Source: an uncultured virus (IMG/VR IMGVR_UViG_3300044953_000297) (taxonomy: Duplodnaviria; Heunggongvirae; Uroviricota; Caudoviricetes). Taken from it: 59,088 nt of DNA. The DNA lies in the IMG/VR virus record IMGVR_UViG_3300044953_000297; one strand, 5' to 3'. How positions within the stretch are numbered: the first letter of the stretch is position 1; the number at the start of each line of letters is the position of its first letter. Below are positions 58,231-59,088 of the stretch, piece after piece. Under the pieces are notes generated by a model, which saw only the letters and a list, made by a program, of their open reading frames with translations, ran no database searches and was not told the origin of the DNA. The translations under genes and the position numbers were made by a program.

Positions 58231-58258
58231 TTGACAATATACAAAAAATTTGTAGAAT
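58231..58258 (+). promoter_or_regulatory. sigma70-like promoter
   Basis: TTGACA-16nt-TAGAAT. Confidence 0.6.
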
Positions 58259-58472
58259 TATGTGTTATGAAGTTTGACCCAAAAGATTGAATGTCATAAG
58301 TCAGAAGGCTTTATGAATCCACTTGATGCAAACAATCTCTGTATTGATACAAATCTAGAAGAATATCTAGTATTTACTGACGGTAAGAAAGAGATTTAGT
58401 GATTTGTGACAATTCAGTGAACAACACTATAGTATCTTTACTTTATGATAAGTTTATGATACTATATAGTGT

Positions 58473-58661
58473 ATGATTGATATACGCTGTAATTATTGTG
58501 ACGAACTGGCTGTTTTAAAAAATAACTATATTCATATGAATTGTCATTGTTGTGATGATAATCGTATTATACCTCTAGAAGATCACTTGGATTATGATCG
58601 TCATAAAGATTATTTATATAGTATGATAAGTGATAATTTTTTGTTCAATGAAGAAAAGTAA
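58473..58661 (+). CDS. small Cys-rich hypothetical protein
   Basis: CNYC..CHCC. Confidence 0.45.
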   Translation: MIDIRCNYCDELAVLKNNYIHMNCHCCDDNRIIPLEDHLDYDRHKDYLYSMISDNFLFNEEK

Positions 58662-58690
58662 AACTATTTATAGTTAAAGAAAGGTTTATT

Positions 58691-58930
58691 ATGCCAGGTC
58701 CAATTTATTTAGGTATCAAAACACAAAATCCAGTACTAGGCGTCCCTAGCACAAATCCAGGCACAGCCAACGCTATGGCAGCAGCCCAACAAATGGCACA
58801 ATCACAACAACCACCACAACCTCAAGCTCAAGCTCAACAACAAGCTGGCAGATGGAATCAAGGTCAAGGTGTGCCTGTAATTGAAGTGCCATGGCACAAA
58901 GCTACACCGGCCATGAAGAATATTAAATAA
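58691..58930 (+). CDS. Gln/Pro-rich small protein
   Basis: TATTTATA and AAGG upstream. Confidence 0.6.
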   Translation: MPGPIYLGIKTQNPVLGVPSTNPGTANAMAAAQQMAQSQQPPQPQAQAQQQAGRWNQGQGVPVIEVPWHKATPAMKNIK

Positions 58931-59088
58931 TTTCTTTTGTTCGTTTGTATTAATATAACCCCCCCCCCCCCCCCACACATTTTTGTGGGGTTTTTTATTT
59001 GACATTTTGTTATTATAACTTACAATCGTGATATGGATAATACTGTGAAAAAAATAAACGACAAATTAATAGAATCTGAAAATACGCC

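Noticed and set aside
58959..58974. C16 homopolymer as a functional element
   Set aside because: It forms part of a terminator-like stem (CCCCAC..GTGGGG-like plus T run) and its length is probably a sequencing artefact.
1..59088. Bacterial O-antigen or capsule locus on a chromosome
   Set aside because: No wzx, wzy or export genes. The context of clamp loader, rIIA/rIIB, inteins and dense small ORFs indicates a large phage.

Overview
AT-rich segment of a large (jumbo-type, T4-superfamily-like) bacteriophage genome. No host housekeeping context is present. Left part (1-15 kb, with outliers to 42 kb): a glycosylation island (GT4, GT11, GT25, GT2-like, FkbM methyltransferases, fcl, glf, gmd, ColD-like, rfbA, RmlD-like) with many decayed gene remnants. 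It starts with the C-terminal half of a clamp-loader subunit carried on a split-intein C-fragment that overlaps a free-standing endonuclease. 15-20 kb: modular, probably virion-associated proteins, one with an intein and one ending in a lysozyme. 22-25 kb: an IscU/NifU Fe-S scaffold interrupted by two inteins placed just before two of its three ligand cysteines. 26-41 kb: SF2 helicase, HNH and GIY-YIG nucleases, ClpP-like protease, pyrophosphatase, ferritin-like protein. 41-59 kb: a plus-strand early-type region with sigma70-like promoters, two tRNAs and GC-richer rIIA/rIIB. It also holds the most unusual locus: a DUF6745-like gene plus its His-rich partner, followed by seven tandem mini-genes built from variable xxQV tetrapeptide repeats joined by an invariant, hairpin-containing junction, set among two interleaved pairs of direct repeats. 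All family assignments come from motif recognition by eye, not database searches. Several frameshifts sit in homopolymers and may be sequencing errors.
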